This document shows, piece by piece, positions 18,339-28,214 of a stretch of DNA of 64,000 nt. The notes under the pieces are model-generated. The model worked only from the letters and a program-made list of their open reading frames with translations. It made no database searches and was not told where the DNA came from. Source of the DNA: Patescibacteria group bacterium (GTDB lineage Bacteria > Patescibacteriota > Minisyncoccia > Phycocordibacterales > Phycocordibacteraceae); NCBI GenBank assembly GCA_018826905.1, contig JAHJYC010000004.1, forward strand, positions 207,988 through 271,987. Reading direction: 5' to 3'. The position numbers were made by a program, and so were the translations under genes. Position 1 is the first letter of the stretch, and every line of letters starts with the position of its first letter.

Positions 18339-19324
18339 CGTGCTGGCGTGGTTGTTGCATCAATCAGATCAATGCCAAGTGTATGGTCTGCAATAAGTAG
18401 CGTCTCAAGCACGGAAAGCTGAGAATGTGCTTCTGAGTAAAGAAGGAAGGCTTCACTGTTGTCCTCTGCTTCCTCCGCGACAACCCCCTGATCTATAAGT
18501 TCTTGGATACCAATAAAGGACTCTGCTACTGATTCTTTGTCTTCTTCATTCAACAGAGCAAGTCCCCCCTCAAGACGCAGCTTAAGCGCAAGAAGTGCAG
18601 TCTCTGCTTCTTGTTTTTGCGTATTTACTGTATGCGTATCAACGCCAGTTACCTCAACCCCCTCCTCAAGCTCAACAGCTGTATTTTCTGCTTCTTGGAG
18701 TGCTTCATCAAGCCGTGCGTGTAGCAGGGCCACGTCTTCTACCGCCTCTGGGTAGATAGCACCCACCTTCCCAAGAATAGATTTATGCGCAGATAAAAGT
18801 GAATGTAAATCTGTATTAGACTGTATCGCTACTTCTGTTTCGCCTGCATCATGCAGCGCATCAATGTCCTCCTGTGCTTTCTCTAAACGCTCTGCAAGAG
18901 AACCCATTATAAGAGCAACCGTTTCTTCTGAGAGAGTTCCCTTAAAGGAAGCTGCAGCAAATTCCTCCAACCTGTCCCCAGCAAACGCTACCTCAAGCTC
19001 TGCTCTCTCCTCTGTATCTCGCGCGAGTGCAATCTGTACTGGCTCTCTAACCTTGAGCTTAACTGGGTACAACAAGTCTCCTGGTGTCGCTCCACCTGAG
19101 GCAGACACAACTCCGGTTCCACCGACTATAAGGAATAGTGCAAAAGCTGTTACATAGCGGGCGCTTGAGGCGAAGAACGTTGCATAGGGAGAACGTACAG
19201 GTTTCTTTCCTGCATGCATAAAGGCGAGAAGGTTCTCTCTATGCGTCTGCTTTTCGTCCGCACGCAAAGACACCCGCGTTCCCGCGTCTTTAAGCAGCTC
19301 CTCAATGTTGTGGTCTTTGTTCAT
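18335..19324 (-). CDS. Putative anti-sigma factor (single TM, DUF5667-like helical domain)
   Basis: ATGA overlap with the ECF sigma gene; TM followed by A.PGD.LYPVK...E and RLEE. Confidence 0.75.
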   Translation of the reverse strand: MNKDHNIEELLKDAGTRVSLRADEKQTHRENLLAFMHAGKKPVRSPYATFFASSARYVTAFALFLIVGGTGVVSASGGATPGDLLYPVKLKVREPVQIALARDTEERAELEVAFAGDRLEEFAAASFKGTLSEETVALIMGSLAERLEKAQEDIDALHDAGETEVAIQSNTDLHSLLSAHKSILGKVGAIYPEAVEDVALLHARLDEALQEAENTAVELEEGVEVTGVDTHTVNTQKQEAETALLALKLRLEGGLALLNEEDKESVAESFIGIQELIDQGVVAEEAEDNSEAFLLYSEAHSQLSVLETLLIADHTLGIDLIDATTTPAR

Positions 19325-19827
19325 ACAGCGTGCATTCGTTCTTGTAATTCTTTTATCGCTCGGTGGATTCGTACAGAAATGGTGTTCGGTGCTTCTCCGA
19401 GCATCTCGGCAATTTCAGCAACCGGAAGTCCGTTCATATATCTGAGGGTAAGAAGTTCTTGAGTCTCTTCAGGAAGAGCTGCTACATGCTTCATAAGAAG
19501 TGAGTGCTCGCTTGCCTGTTCCGGACTAACATCTTGTTTGTCCTCTGGATCAAATCCCGCAATCTCTTGCATCTCATCAAGCGAAAAACTCTTTGAGCGG
19601 ACCGCTTCATTGGCGCATAGGTTATGGGCAGTCTTGTAAAGGAAGGCACGCAGGTGCTCTACCTCCTTCCCCATTTCAATATATGCCCATGTCCGCGTGA
19701 ACGTATCCTGCATAAGGTCTTGTGCTCGTTCGCGATCATACACCCGGAAGGCACAATAACGGAATATCTCGTCAGCATACTCATCATACGCTCGTATAAA
19801 GGTAGCTTCATCTATCTTCCGCTTCAT
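19321..19827 (-). CDS. ECF RNA polymerase sigma factor
   Basis: AQDLMQDTF, AFLYKTAHN and EIAEML....TISVRIHRA; 168 aa. Confidence 0.93.
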   Translation of the reverse strand: MKRKIDEATFIRAYDEYADEIFRYCAFRVYDRERAQDLMQDTFTRTWAYIEMGKEVEHLRAFLYKTAHNLCANEAVRSKSFSLDEMQEIAGFDPEDKQDVSPEQASEHSLLMKHVAALPEETQELLTLRYMNGLPVAEIAEMLGEAPNTISVRIHRAIKELQERMHAV

Positions 19828-19828
19828 A

Positions 19829-19896
19829 TAGGACAGGCAGCTACGACTTTTGTTACAAAGCTAGTTTTGTAACATTTTCTGACCTTACTGGTCTTA
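19829..19896. promoter_or_regulatory. Back-to-back putative ECF promoters, TGTAAC-N17-GTCYTA
   Basis: Plus strand: TGTAAC 19868-73 and GTCTTA 19891-96. Minus strand: TGTAAC 19857-52 and GTCCTA 19834-29. Both spacers are exactly 17 nt. Confidence 0.7.
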
Positions 19897-19986
19897 TATA
19901 TATCCCTAAGCCTAAGAGCGGGGTTGCTGGTCTGAAACCTACACATTACAGGCATATCGTACCAGATTACTACTTAAACATTGATT

Positions 19987-21780
19987 ATGAAGCTTACTAA
20001 AAAAATAAGTTCTCAAGCAGCAGTACTCGGCCTTGTCGCCGTTTTGCTTCTTGGGAACACCGGTACGGCTCACGCACAAAGTGTGAATCCTGCCTTTACT
20101 CGCGACCTTACCAATAACTCTACTGGAGCTGATGTAACACAACTTCAGGCCTGGCTTATTGGAAAGGGATTTACTATTCCTGCTGGCGCAACAGGATTCT
20201 TTGGTCCACAGACTAAAGCAGCACTAGCGGTTTACCAAGCAGCAAACGGCATTAGCCCTGCAGTTGGATACTTTGGTCCAATTACACGAGCTAAGGTGAA
20301 TGCTGAAGCTAGCGTGCCAACCACCCCAACAACTCCAGATGACGAAGGATCTACTCCAACGGGAGATCTTAAAGGAGGCGAAGCTACTCTAAAAAGCTTT
20401 GATCTTCGTAGAGAAGATTCAAGCGGAAGTGAGGGTGAGGCAGGTGTGTCTGTTATGACCGCCGAGTTTAAAGTTGATGGAGGCGATGTACGCGTAGAGC
20501 GTCTTGACCTTGTCGCTACTGCAGACAACAGTGGTCTTGAGACAAAGCCATGGAAGTTCTTTGATCGCGCACTTATCCTTGTTGATGGAAAGGAGATTGC
20601 AAAGAAGTCTGTTTCAAGCAAAGCTGCATGGAGCAAGACCTCTGGAAACACCTATCGTCTTTCTCTCACAGGACTTAAGCAGATTGTTCGCGAGAACAGC
20701 ACTGCAAAGATAACAGTTGCATTTGATATCGGAGATGGTATTGATGCAGACGATCTTGATCAGACATTCACCTTCAAGATTGAAGACCGTGGTATTCGCG
20801 CTGTTGATTCTCTAGGTATCCAGCAGTACGTTGGAAACTCTTCAGACAGTCTCAGCTTCGGGTTTGACGATGCAAAGAATGGAGATATCTCTATTCGCAC
20901 GAACTCAGACAACCCTCGCGCAACGATTCTTGTTGCTGACGAGAGACGTGAGTCAGGCAACTACGAGGTGTTCACTTTTGACCTCAAGAATAAGGACGAT
21001 GTTGATTCCATCATCACTGACCTTACGATTGACGTCACTGGTATGAACTCTGAAGTTACTGCAAGCTCTGTTATCAAGAACGCAACACTTAAGGTCGGAC
21101 GTGACTCATTCAAGGGGCGCGTTACTGCTTCAGCACTTCAGTTTGATGATATTGAACTTGAAGTTGACGGAGACAAGACAACCACAGTGAAGCTTCTTGT
21201 AACACTTGCACGCAACGCAACATCAACCCCTATCATCTTCTCACTCGTTAACACCAATGTTGACGCTGAGGGAGCAAGGAGCGGTGATCGCGCGCAGGTA
21301 TCAGGTTCAGTTGAAAGTAAGACACACACCATTGCATTCGCTGGAGTTGATGTCGCACCAGTATCAACTTCTCAGGCAGTGTTCACTCCTGGAGGAGATG
21401 CATCTGGCACTTACGGATCCTACACTCTTAAGTTCAAGGTTACTGGTCTAAAGGAGGATGCATATATCGCTTCTACGACTGATAGCACTGGAACAGTTGG
21501 AGTTACCTACGAGATTGATGGTACTGAGTACACAGGTACAACATCAGCTGTGTTGAGCTCTTCTGCTCGCACACAGGATGGGTACTACCTCGTTCGTGAC
21601 GGCAGCACTGAGACGTTCACCCTTACGGTAACGCTCAACCCAGACACTGCAGGAACGTTTGGTGTCCGCATTGTAAGCATCCGCTTCAATGATGACTCAA
21701 ACTTTACTGACAGTACGCTCTTCACGGTAAGCCAAAACGATACCGGCTTCCGCACTGATCCTATCTACATCGCCAACTAA
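19987..21780 (+). CDS. S-layer-like secreted protein with an N-terminal peptidoglycan-binding domain
   Basis: Signal peptide ending AHA; FTRDL...GADVTQLQ..L...TGFFGPQT..A...YQ...GYFGPITRA, followed by beta-rich Ig-like domains. Confidence 0.8.
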   Translation: MKLTKKISSQAAVLGLVAVLLLGNTGTAHAQSVNPAFTRDLTNNSTGADVTQLQAWLIGKGFTIPAGATGFFGPQTKAALAVYQAANGISPAVGYFGPITRAKVNAEASVPTTPTTPDDEGSTPTGDLKGGEATLKSFDLRREDSSGSEGEAGVSVMTAEFKVDGGDVRVERLDLVATADNSGLETKPWKFFDRALILVDGKEIAKKSVSSKAAWSKTSGNTYRLSLTGLKQIVRENSTAKITVAFDIGDGIDADDLDQTFTFKIEDRGIRAVDSLGIQQYVGNSSDSLSFGFDDAKNGDISIRTNSDNPRATILVADERRESGNYEVFTFDLKNKDDVDSIITDLTIDVTGMNSEVTASSVIKNATLKVGRDSFKGRVTASALQFDDIELEVDGDKTTTVKLLVTLARNATSTPIIFSLVNTNVDAEGARSGDRAQVSGSVESKTHTIAFAGVDVAPVSTSQAVFTPGGDASGTYGSYTLKFKVTGLKEDAYIASTTDSTGTVGVTYEIDGTEYTGTTSAVLSSSARTQDGYYLVRDGSTETFTLTVTLNPDTAGTFGVRIVSIRFNDDSNFTDSTLFTVSQNDTGFRTDPIYIAN

Positions 21781-21793
21781 GGCAACTAGATAC

Positions 21794-21836
21794 AGATACG
21801 AAAACACCCCGCCAAAAACGGGGTGTTTTCGTATCT
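21794..21836. terminator. Bidirectional terminator
   Basis: AGATACGAAAACACCCCG-CCAAAAA-CGGGGTGTTTTCGTATCT, an 18-bp stem between convergent genes. Confidence 0.85.
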
Positions 21837-21842
21837 CCTAAG

Positions 21843-23498
21843 CTAGTTCCTTAGATACACTTCGTACTTAGTTGTGTGGCTACTTGTTGTTGCTGGAATG
21901 CGTGCTGGGTACCCTCCAGACACCCAATTCACATAAAACTTAGCGTACCCTGCTGCAGTGTCGTACAACCAGAATTTCTCCTGTCCTAGATCTCGTGACC
22001 AATCTCCTGCAAGATCCGGTCCCCCAGAAGGAAGCGTGAGTCGTATCGCATACGGGTGTTCCGTACTGTACATGATTCCAGTGTCTGCTTTTTGATTCAG
22101 GTTATACACCCCTCCTGTGTAGTTAAGAGTATACGGAGTACTGGTACCAATCTGCGCGCGATTGAATCCACTTCCATCCAATGCCCCCGTTGAAGGGAGT
22201 AGGCTCGGATAAAAGTTATACAGTTCATATCCTGGAAGGAAGTGGTGCTCATGTGAAATGTCCATCCCATCTTTTGTGAACACATGTGAGAGCGTTGAGG
22301 AGCCAACTACAATTGAGTTGTTCTTTGGAAGCAAGGTCTCCAAAGACTGCGCAATGGTAAATGTATCTCCGGTTCTATATTCTCCAACCGGAATGTTTGC
22401 CACATCAACTCCGTCTAGCGTAAATGATGCTGAGAGTGGATTCTCATCCCCATGAGCACTTCCATAGTCTCCCCAATTAGCTGCCCCAGCTGGATCCCCC
22501 GCCACCCCAAGGAACCCTGCATATTCCCAAACTGATGCAGTGTTTGCGAGCATGCGTGGCACGGTAACACCAGTGAAATCAAGAATTCTGAGACCCTGAA
22601 TGTTCCATACTCCCTTCGCTACTTTCCTAAACGTATATTCTGCATATGTTGCTTCTTCAGCATCAGGGACTTGTACGCGCGCAAGATATTCTGACTGTCC
22701 ACTACGCACGAGCATAACTGGGTTAAGTGTCGCAGTTACATCATTCTTATCAAGAAGGATTTGAGCAGGGGTCCTGATGTAATCGTAAATTTTAACTTCA
22801 TCTATACCTCCCTGGAAAAACTGTGCTCCCGCTGCAGAGTGCCAGTTCCCAAATGTGAGATTAGAAAGCGCATCGCTGACGTAGGTACCTGAACCAGGAA
22901 TCTGCAAGCCATAGGACACCTCCGTACCATTCACATATATCTTTGCCGTCTTATCTGTGGCGCTCCACGTAACAGTGAGATGACTCCATGTGTTTGGAGA
23001 AATAGTATTTGGAGCAGCGATATATGTTGCACGGGTTCCAGAATGATACACGTCTAAGCGTGGATTACAGGATCCTCCGCTTCCATACAAATAAAACCCT
23101 ACCGGTCCTCCGTTACTCTTACCCGCAAGATGACGCACTGAGTTACAAGACGTTGGGTTTATCCACGCAGATATTGTTACGTCGTGTACAAACAAATCGT
23201 TTATAGCTGATGGCCTCCCAAAATTTATTGCGTCATTAATTCCATCAAATAGAAGTGCCTTTCCTTTTGCACCAGTACTCATCCACCCACTTGTTGCTGT
23301 TGCTGGGTCTGCGATGTTCGTGAGTACTCCAGGAACAGAAGTCATTGCACTGTTTGAAACTGTTGTGCCGGCACCCTCTTCAAACTTCCAGAAGCCAACA
23401 GGAGCTCCTGATGCTTGAACGGAACCCATAACTGAAAATAAAAGAACTCCTACGAAAGATGCACGGAGTATAAATGAAAACATAGGTGAAATATTCAT
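21843..23498 (-). CDS. Secreted LamG/concanavalin-like domain protein
   Basis: VGFWKFEEG, ALLFDG, TISAWIN, WSHLTVTW, IYVNG and FQGGIDEVKIY; the C-terminal domain is unassigned. Confidence 0.85.
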   Translation of the reverse strand: MNISPMFSFILRASFVGVLLFSVMGSVQASGAPVGFWKFEEGAGTTVSNSAMTSVPGVLTNIADPATATSGWMSTGAKGKALLFDGINDAINFGRPSAINDLFVHDVTISAWINPTSCNSVRHLAGKSNGGPVGFYLYGSGGSCNPRLDVYHSGTRATYIAAPNTISPNTWSHLTVTWSATDKTAKIYVNGTEVSYGLQIPGSGTYVSDALSNLTFGNWHSAAGAQFFQGGIDEVKIYDYIRTPAQILLDKNDVTATLNPVMLVRSGQSEYLARVQVPDAEEATYAEYTFRKVAKGVWNIQGLRILDFTGVTVPRMLANTASVWEYAGFLGVAGDPAGAANWGDYGSAHGDENPLSASFTLDGVDVANIPVGEYRTGDTFTIAQSLETLLPKNNSIVVGSSTLSHVFTKDGMDISHEHHFLPGYELYNFYPSLLPSTGALDGSGFNRAQIGTSTPYTLNYTGGVYNLNQKADTGIMYSTEHPYAIRLTLPSGGPDLAGDWSRDLGQEKFWLYDTAAGYAKFYVNWVSGGYPARIPATTSSHTTKYEVYLRN

Positions 23499-23626
23499 TA
23501 GACTAATGCTGCTCAGGTAGAGTGTAGCAGATGCTCTAAAAGGAACTTTCAGACGAGGGTTTGCGGTTAAACGTAGCGTACTAGCAGGATTTCTTTTAAT
23601 CTCTGACAGACTGATTACCTGTCCAC

Positions 23627-23656
23627 AGAAAACGGCACCGTGTGGTGCCGTTTTCT
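23627..23656. terminator. Terminator downstream of nirK
   Basis: AGAAAACGGCACC-GTGT-GGTGCCGTTTTCT. Confidence 0.8.
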
Positions 23657-23737
23657 AAACTAGTTGATAGGGCCGGATTGGTTGCCCAATTCTCAAAACA
23701 GATTGAATTGTTTGTTTCTGAACACCGCGCACCGCTA

Positions 23738-24958
23738 TTAGTGCCCGTACCCTTCTATGATAGCTCCGTCATATATCTCCTTATTCTCTTCACCAGATAC
23801 CTGCAACACTCCCCACGCACCCCGGTCTACCCGCGCTAACGCATGGTCAACGAAGATGTAGTTTCCTGGGACTTGAGTGTCGAATTCGACAACAGTCGCT
23901 CCGCCTGCCGGAACGAGTGTTGTTTGGACATTGGTGTGAGGCTCGGATGTGAGTGAGGCTTCAGGGAAGACTCGATCAAACACTTCGCCAATCAGGTGAA
24001 ACGAGGAGATGAGATTTACACCTCCGTTGCCCATGTAGATACGCGCAGTCTCTCCTGTTTTCATCTGCATCTTGTCCATGAGACCGTTCGTCTTCCCGTT
24101 AAAGACGATGTAGGTCGGCTGACCCGCGAGCATCGCCTCTGCATCAAAGAGTTGGATACCCTTGCGGCCCATGCCGCCTGAGGCATAGAACTCGCCCTGC
24201 ATAACGTAATATTCATGATCCACTGCCGGCAGACCCTCCTCAGGCTCGACGAGAATGAGACCGTACATGCCATGGGTCATATGGTTCGCGACGTTCGGAG
24301 TGGCGCAGTGATAGACGAAGAGACCGGGATGAAGTGCCTTGAACGTCACGGTTGCGGACTCTCCCGGAGCGACCATGGTAGAGACTGCGCCACCACCAGG
24401 ACCAGTGACGGCATGCAGGTCGATGTTGTGATAATGCAGACTTGTCGGATCGTTATGTAGTGTCAGCTCCACCGTATCCCCTTCCCGCACCCGAATCATT
24501 GGTCCGGGTATCTGTCCATCGAAGGTCCAATAGTTTATGAATACTCCCGGTGCCATTTCGGCTATAACTTCTTTCGTTGTGAGTTCCACCTTCACGAGCT
24601 CAGGTTCTGTGCGCGTAACAGGCACCGGCACGTCGTTTGGATCGCGAGCAATGTTCGCAACGCGTTCAAACTTGTCAAAGTTCCCGAAGAACTTAAGGAC
24701 GCTTCCGAGAGACAGTACCGGCCCCTCGGCAGGACCATAGGTCTTGAGGAAGAATGGATATTCGAATCCACGCGGCAGTCCATGTGGCGCATAGAAGAAT
24801 ATCGACACACCGAGGAATACAGCAACGAGTGTAACAGTAAGCCATGTCGAGTGAAGCTTTCGCAGCACGAGGTATAGAAAGACTCCTGCGAAGATGAACG
24901 CTATGAAGAGACCGAACCATTCGACGAGTACTGTGCGGAGCAGATAAATAATTTCCAT
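23738..24958 (-). CDS. nirK: Copper-containing nitrite reductase with N-terminal membrane anchors
   Basis: HNIDLHAVTGPGG, YHCAT....HMTHGMYG, SSFHLIGEVFD and VDHAL (type 1 and type 2 Cu ligands plus catalytic Asp/His). Confidence 0.95.
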   Translation of the reverse strand: MEIIYLLRTVLVEWFGLFIAFIFAGVFLYLVLRKLHSTWLTVTLVAVFLGVSIFFYAPHGLPRGFEYPFFLKTYGPAEGPVLSLGSVLKFFGNFDKFERVANIARDPNDVPVPVTRTEPELVKVELTTKEVIAEMAPGVFINYWTFDGQIPGPMIRVREGDTVELTLHNDPTSLHYHNIDLHAVTGPGGGAVSTMVAPGESATVTFKALHPGLFVYHCATPNVANHMTHGMYGLILVEPEEGLPAVDHEYYVMQGEFYASGGMGRKGIQLFDAEAMLAGQPTYIVFNGKTNGLMDKMQMKTGETARIYMGNGGVNLISSFHLIGEVFDRVFPEASLTSEPHTNVQTTLVPAGGATVVEFDTQVPGNYIFVDHALARVDRGAWGVLQVSGEENKEIYDGAIIEGYGH

Positions 24959-24967
24959 GAGAAAGGA

Positions 24968-25312
24968 TTAGTAGGGTATCTTGCACTCATCAAAGCAGTG
25001 CGCATCGCGATTCAGGCTATAGATGCGTTCACGACCTGAATCAATACTTGCAACTGCATCGACTGAACGTAATACGTTCAGGTGATGGGTAATGGTTGGC
25101 TGTTGTAGCTCGAGCTCTGCGGTCAGCTCAGTAACGGTCATTCCCTCCTTGGCCTTTCCAAGAAGGCAGACGAGCTGATACCGACTACGGCTCCCTACCA
25201 CCTTGAAGCAATCGGGGCAAAGCTCCTCTTCAGCACTATCTACCCACGACGGACGCTTGTACGTGCGCTCCGCAGCTACTTTCTTAGTTGTCCCCACCTT
25301 TTTCTTATTCAT
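24968..25312 (-). CDS. ArsR/SmtB-family transcriptional regulator with Cys motifs
   Basis: HTH TVTELT..L.LQQPTITHHLNVL and GRERIYSL; CPDC near the N-terminus and HCFDEC at the C-terminus. Confidence 0.88.
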   Translation of the reverse strand: MNKKKVGTTKKVAAERTYKRPSWVDSAEEELCPDCFKVVGSRSRYQLVCLLGKAKEGMTVTELTAELELQQPTITHHLNVLRSVDAVASIDSGRERIYSLNRDAHCFDECKIPY

Positions 25313-25360
25313 AGACAGTCATCTATTGATACACTAATAAACCCATAGACACTTATCAAT
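25311..25360. promoter_or_regulatory. Two putative ArsR operator boxes in the arsR/nrdJ divergent region
   Basis: ATAGACAGTCATCTAT (25311-26) and ATAGACACTTATCAAT (25345-60) are 13/16 identical, each an ATAGA-N6-TC(T/A)AT inverted repeat. Confidence 0.6.
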
Positions 25361-25377
25361 ATATCATCATCTTCGCT

Positions 25378-27663
25378 ATGCCACGAACAGAATCCCCAGT
25401 TATAGAATCAGTCATTAAGAGAGACGGAACGATTGTCTCGTTCGAGCGAACGAAGATAGAGAACGCAATCGCAAAAGCGCTCGAGGCAACCGGCGAAGGA
25501 TCGCGTGAGCAATCCAAAGTCATCGCAGAATCGGTTGTAAACTCACTGAGCAACACGCTACGAGCAGACGCTCGGACAATTCCCTCGGTGGAAGAGGTGC
25601 AGGACAGCGTTGAGACCGAACTCATGAAGGCAGGGTTCGGCGCGACTGCCAAGGCATACATTTTGTATCGCGTGCACCACGCCAAGTTGCGGGAAGCTTC
25701 CTCTGAGGTGTCCCCTTCCATACGAGCCATAGTCGCTGAAAGCAAGAAGTATTTTTCCAATCAACTTTCTGAGTTCGTCTATTACAGCACGTACTCCCGC
25801 TGGCTCGATGATGCGGGACGCCGTGAGGCATGGGTTGAGACGGTTAACCGCTATGTAGCATTCATGCGCGAGAATCTAGGAGACACGCTCCTAGAAAACG
25901 AGTACGCAGAGATACGCGAGAACATGCTAGCAATGAAAGCAATGGGCTCAATGCGTCTCCTATGGAGCGCAGGAGCACCTGCACGCGCATCGAACGTCTG
26001 CGTGTACAATTGCTCGTTCATCGCACCAGCCACTTGGCAGGATTTTGCTGAGATTATGTATATATCCATGTGCGGCACCGGCGTCGGCTTCTCTGTCGAA
26101 CGTCAGACCGTTAAGATGTTGCCACGTATTGAACCGCAGACAGGAGAAATACTTGCTGAATATATAATAGAAGATTGCAAAGAAGGCTGGGCGGATGCAC
26201 TTGCCCATGGACTCACTGCCTGGTCTTCTGGAAAGGACGTTTCGTTCAACTACGAATATATCCGACCGCGCGGCGCAAGACTGCGTACTATGGGAGGGCG
26301 GGCGTCGGGCCCTGAGCCGCTCAGGAACCTGCTCGACTTCGCTCGCGAGCGCATGCTCGAGCGCCAGGGTCGACACCTCTCGACGCTCGACGTACATGAC
26401 CTTGTCTGCAAGATAGGCGAGATTGTCGTTGCGGGTGGAGTGCGAAGAAGTGCCTTGATTTCCCTCTCCGATCTCGACGATATGGAGATGCGCGAGGCAA
26501 AGAACGGCCAGTTCTATGTTACCCAGCCGCAACGTGCCATGGCGAACAATTCCGCCGTCTATAACGAGAAGCCAAGCGCGATTGCGTTCATGGAGGAGTG
26601 GCTGAACCTCGCACGAAGCGGGTCTGGAGAACGCGGCATTTTTAATCGCGGAAGTCTCAAGGGGCAGCTGCCCGAGCGTCGGTGGCCTCTTTTTGAGAAA
26701 GATGCTGCGCAAAGCGGCACCAATCCATGCGGCGAGATAATTTTGAAATCAAAACAGTTCTGCAATCTAAGCGAGGTCGTCGTGCGCCCAGAGGACACGC
26801 TAGAAACTCTAAAAGAGAAAGTGCGTATTGCGACCATACTTGGAACCTACCAAGCATCTTTGACCTCTTTCCCCTATCTCTCACCTGAGTGGAAGAAGAA
26901 CTGCGAGGAAGAGGCTCTGCTGGGAGTTTCCATGACCGGCCAGTGGGATAACCTCGCTGTACGCGATTCTGCTGCACAGAGTGCTCTTAAGGAAGTCGCG
27001 CTCGAAACTAACAGAATCTATGCCAAGCGGTTCGGCATCAATCCGTCCACTGCAATAACCGCTGTAAAACCGTCAGGGAACGGTTCGCAGCTCTTTGATT
27101 GTGCATCAGGCATGCATCCACGACATGCAAAATATTATCTGCGTCGTGTCCGGATAGAAGGACACAATCCGCTCAAGCGGCTTCTTGAGGACGCTGGGGT
27201 TCCCTGCGTGCCGGAAGTTGGGCAGACGAAAGATACTGCAACAACCTGGGTGCTTGAGTTCCCGATTAAAGCTCCAGAAGACGCCGCTGTGAAGGGTGAC
27301 CACACAGCACTCGACCAGCTCGAGTACTGGAAGATGGTGAAGGAGAACTATTGCGAGCACAATCCGTCGGTTACGGTAACGATCGCTGACGACGAGTGGC
27401 TCGCGGTCGGCAATTGGGTATACGCGCACTGGGATATTGTTGGCGGTCTCTCATTCCTTCCGAAAAGCGAACACGTGTACCAGCTCGCTCCCTATGAGGA
27501 AATCAGCAAGGAACGGTATCTTGAGCTTGCATCCACATTCCCTGACATAGACTTCGCACGGTTAGTCCAGTACGAAACGAGCGATACGACCACCGGAGCG
27601 AAGGAACTCGCTTGCGTATCGGGAACATGCGAGGTTGACGTGCTTACTGCACCCACATCATAA
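25378..27663 (+). CDS. nrdJ: Class II (adenosylcobalamin-dependent) ribonucleotide reductase with an N-terminal ATP cone
   Basis: ATP cone VIKRDG...KI..AI; YNC, GTNPCGEI, CNLSE, VKPSG and C-terminal ELACVSGTCE; no nrdB nearby. Confidence 0.9.
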   Translation: MPRTESPVIESVIKRDGTIVSFERTKIENAIAKALEATGEGSREQSKVIAESVVNSLSNTLRADARTIPSVEEVQDSVETELMKAGFGATAKAYILYRVHHAKLREASSEVSPSIRAIVAESKKYFSNQLSEFVYYSTYSRWLDDAGRREAWVETVNRYVAFMRENLGDTLLENEYAEIRENMLAMKAMGSMRLLWSAGAPARASNVCVYNCSFIAPATWQDFAEIMYISMCGTGVGFSVERQTVKMLPRIEPQTGEILAEYIIEDCKEGWADALAHGLTAWSSGKDVSFNYEYIRPRGARLRTMGGRASGPEPLRNLLDFARERMLERQGRHLSTLDVHDLVCKIGEIVVAGGVRRSALISLSDLDDMEMREAKNGQFYVTQPQRAMANNSAVYNEKPSAIAFMEEWLNLARSGSGERGIFNRGSLKGQLPERRWPLFEKDAAQSGTNPCGEIILKSKQFCNLSEVVVRPEDTLETLKEKVRIATILGTYQASLTSFPYLSPEWKKNCEEEALLGVSMTGQWDNLAVRDSAAQSALKEVALETNRIYAKRFGINPSTAITAVKPSGNGSQLFDCASGMHPRHAKYYLRRVRIEGHNPLKRLLEDAGVPCVPEVGQTKDTATTWVLEFPIKAPEDAAVKGDHTALDQLEYWKMVKENYCEHNPSVTVTIADDEWLAVGNWVYAHWDIVGGLSFLPKSEHVYQLAPYEEISKERYLELASTFPDIDFARLVQYETSDTTTGAKELACVSGTCEVDVLTAPTS

Positions 27664-27668
27664 GCACC

Positions 27669-28214
27669 ATGAAAAATCCTTCCCTGTCGCTCACCACTCA
27701 GATCCTGCTCTTGCTCGTGCTCCTCATGATCGGCATCGGTTCTCGGTTCCTGCCGCATCCGCCATCAGCCACGGCACTGACTGCCGTCATGTTTGCCAGT
27801 GCCCTGTACCTACGACCCCACCTAACCATTGCGCTTACTTTGTTGCTTCTGTTGTGGTCAGACATGACACTGGGGAGCTACGAACTACCAGTGATGGCTT
27901 CGGTATATGGATCGTTCCTGATAATCGCAGGCTTCGGGATGTGGTTCGCGCGCACGAAGAACATCGGTGGACGAGTACTCATGCTCGCGAGCTCTTCGGT
28001 CCTGTTCTTTCTCATAACAAATGCAGCTATCTGGTATTTCACCCCTTGGTACGCAAAGGACATAAGCGGACTCATGCTGTCCTACTCGCTCGGCCTCCCG
28101 TTCTTGAAGAACATGCTCCTTGCTGACTTCCTCTACACGCCGGCTTTGATCGCCGCACTTGCGCTCGTCTTTAGTTCGAGTCCAGCACCTAAAACTTCCT
28201 TGTATGTATCGTAA
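27669..28214 (+). CDS. BtuM/DUF6580-like ECF S-component, putative cobalamin transporter
   Basis: About 6 TM helices with RFLPHPP, SD..LG, SSVLFFLITN...W and Y..GLPF..N...D..Y; directly downstream of nrdJ. Confidence 0.75.
   Translation: MKNPSLSLTTQILLLLVLLMIGIGSRFLPHPPSATALTAVMFASALYLRPHLTIALTLLLLLWSDMTLGSYELPVMASVYGSFLIIAGFGMWFARTKNIGGRVLMLASSSVLFFLITNAAIWYFTPWYAKDISGLMLSYSLGLPFLKNMLLADFLYTPALIAALALVFSSSPAPKTSLYVS

Noticed and set aside
25313-25377. Cobalamin riboswitch or NrdR boxes before nrdJ
   Set aside because: The 65-nt gap is too short for a riboswitch, and the boxes do not match the NrdR consensus (ACACWATATMTWGT).
25960-26712. 250-aa antisense ORF inside nrdJ
   Set aside because: A shadow ORF in GC-richer coding sequence with no recognisable motifs.
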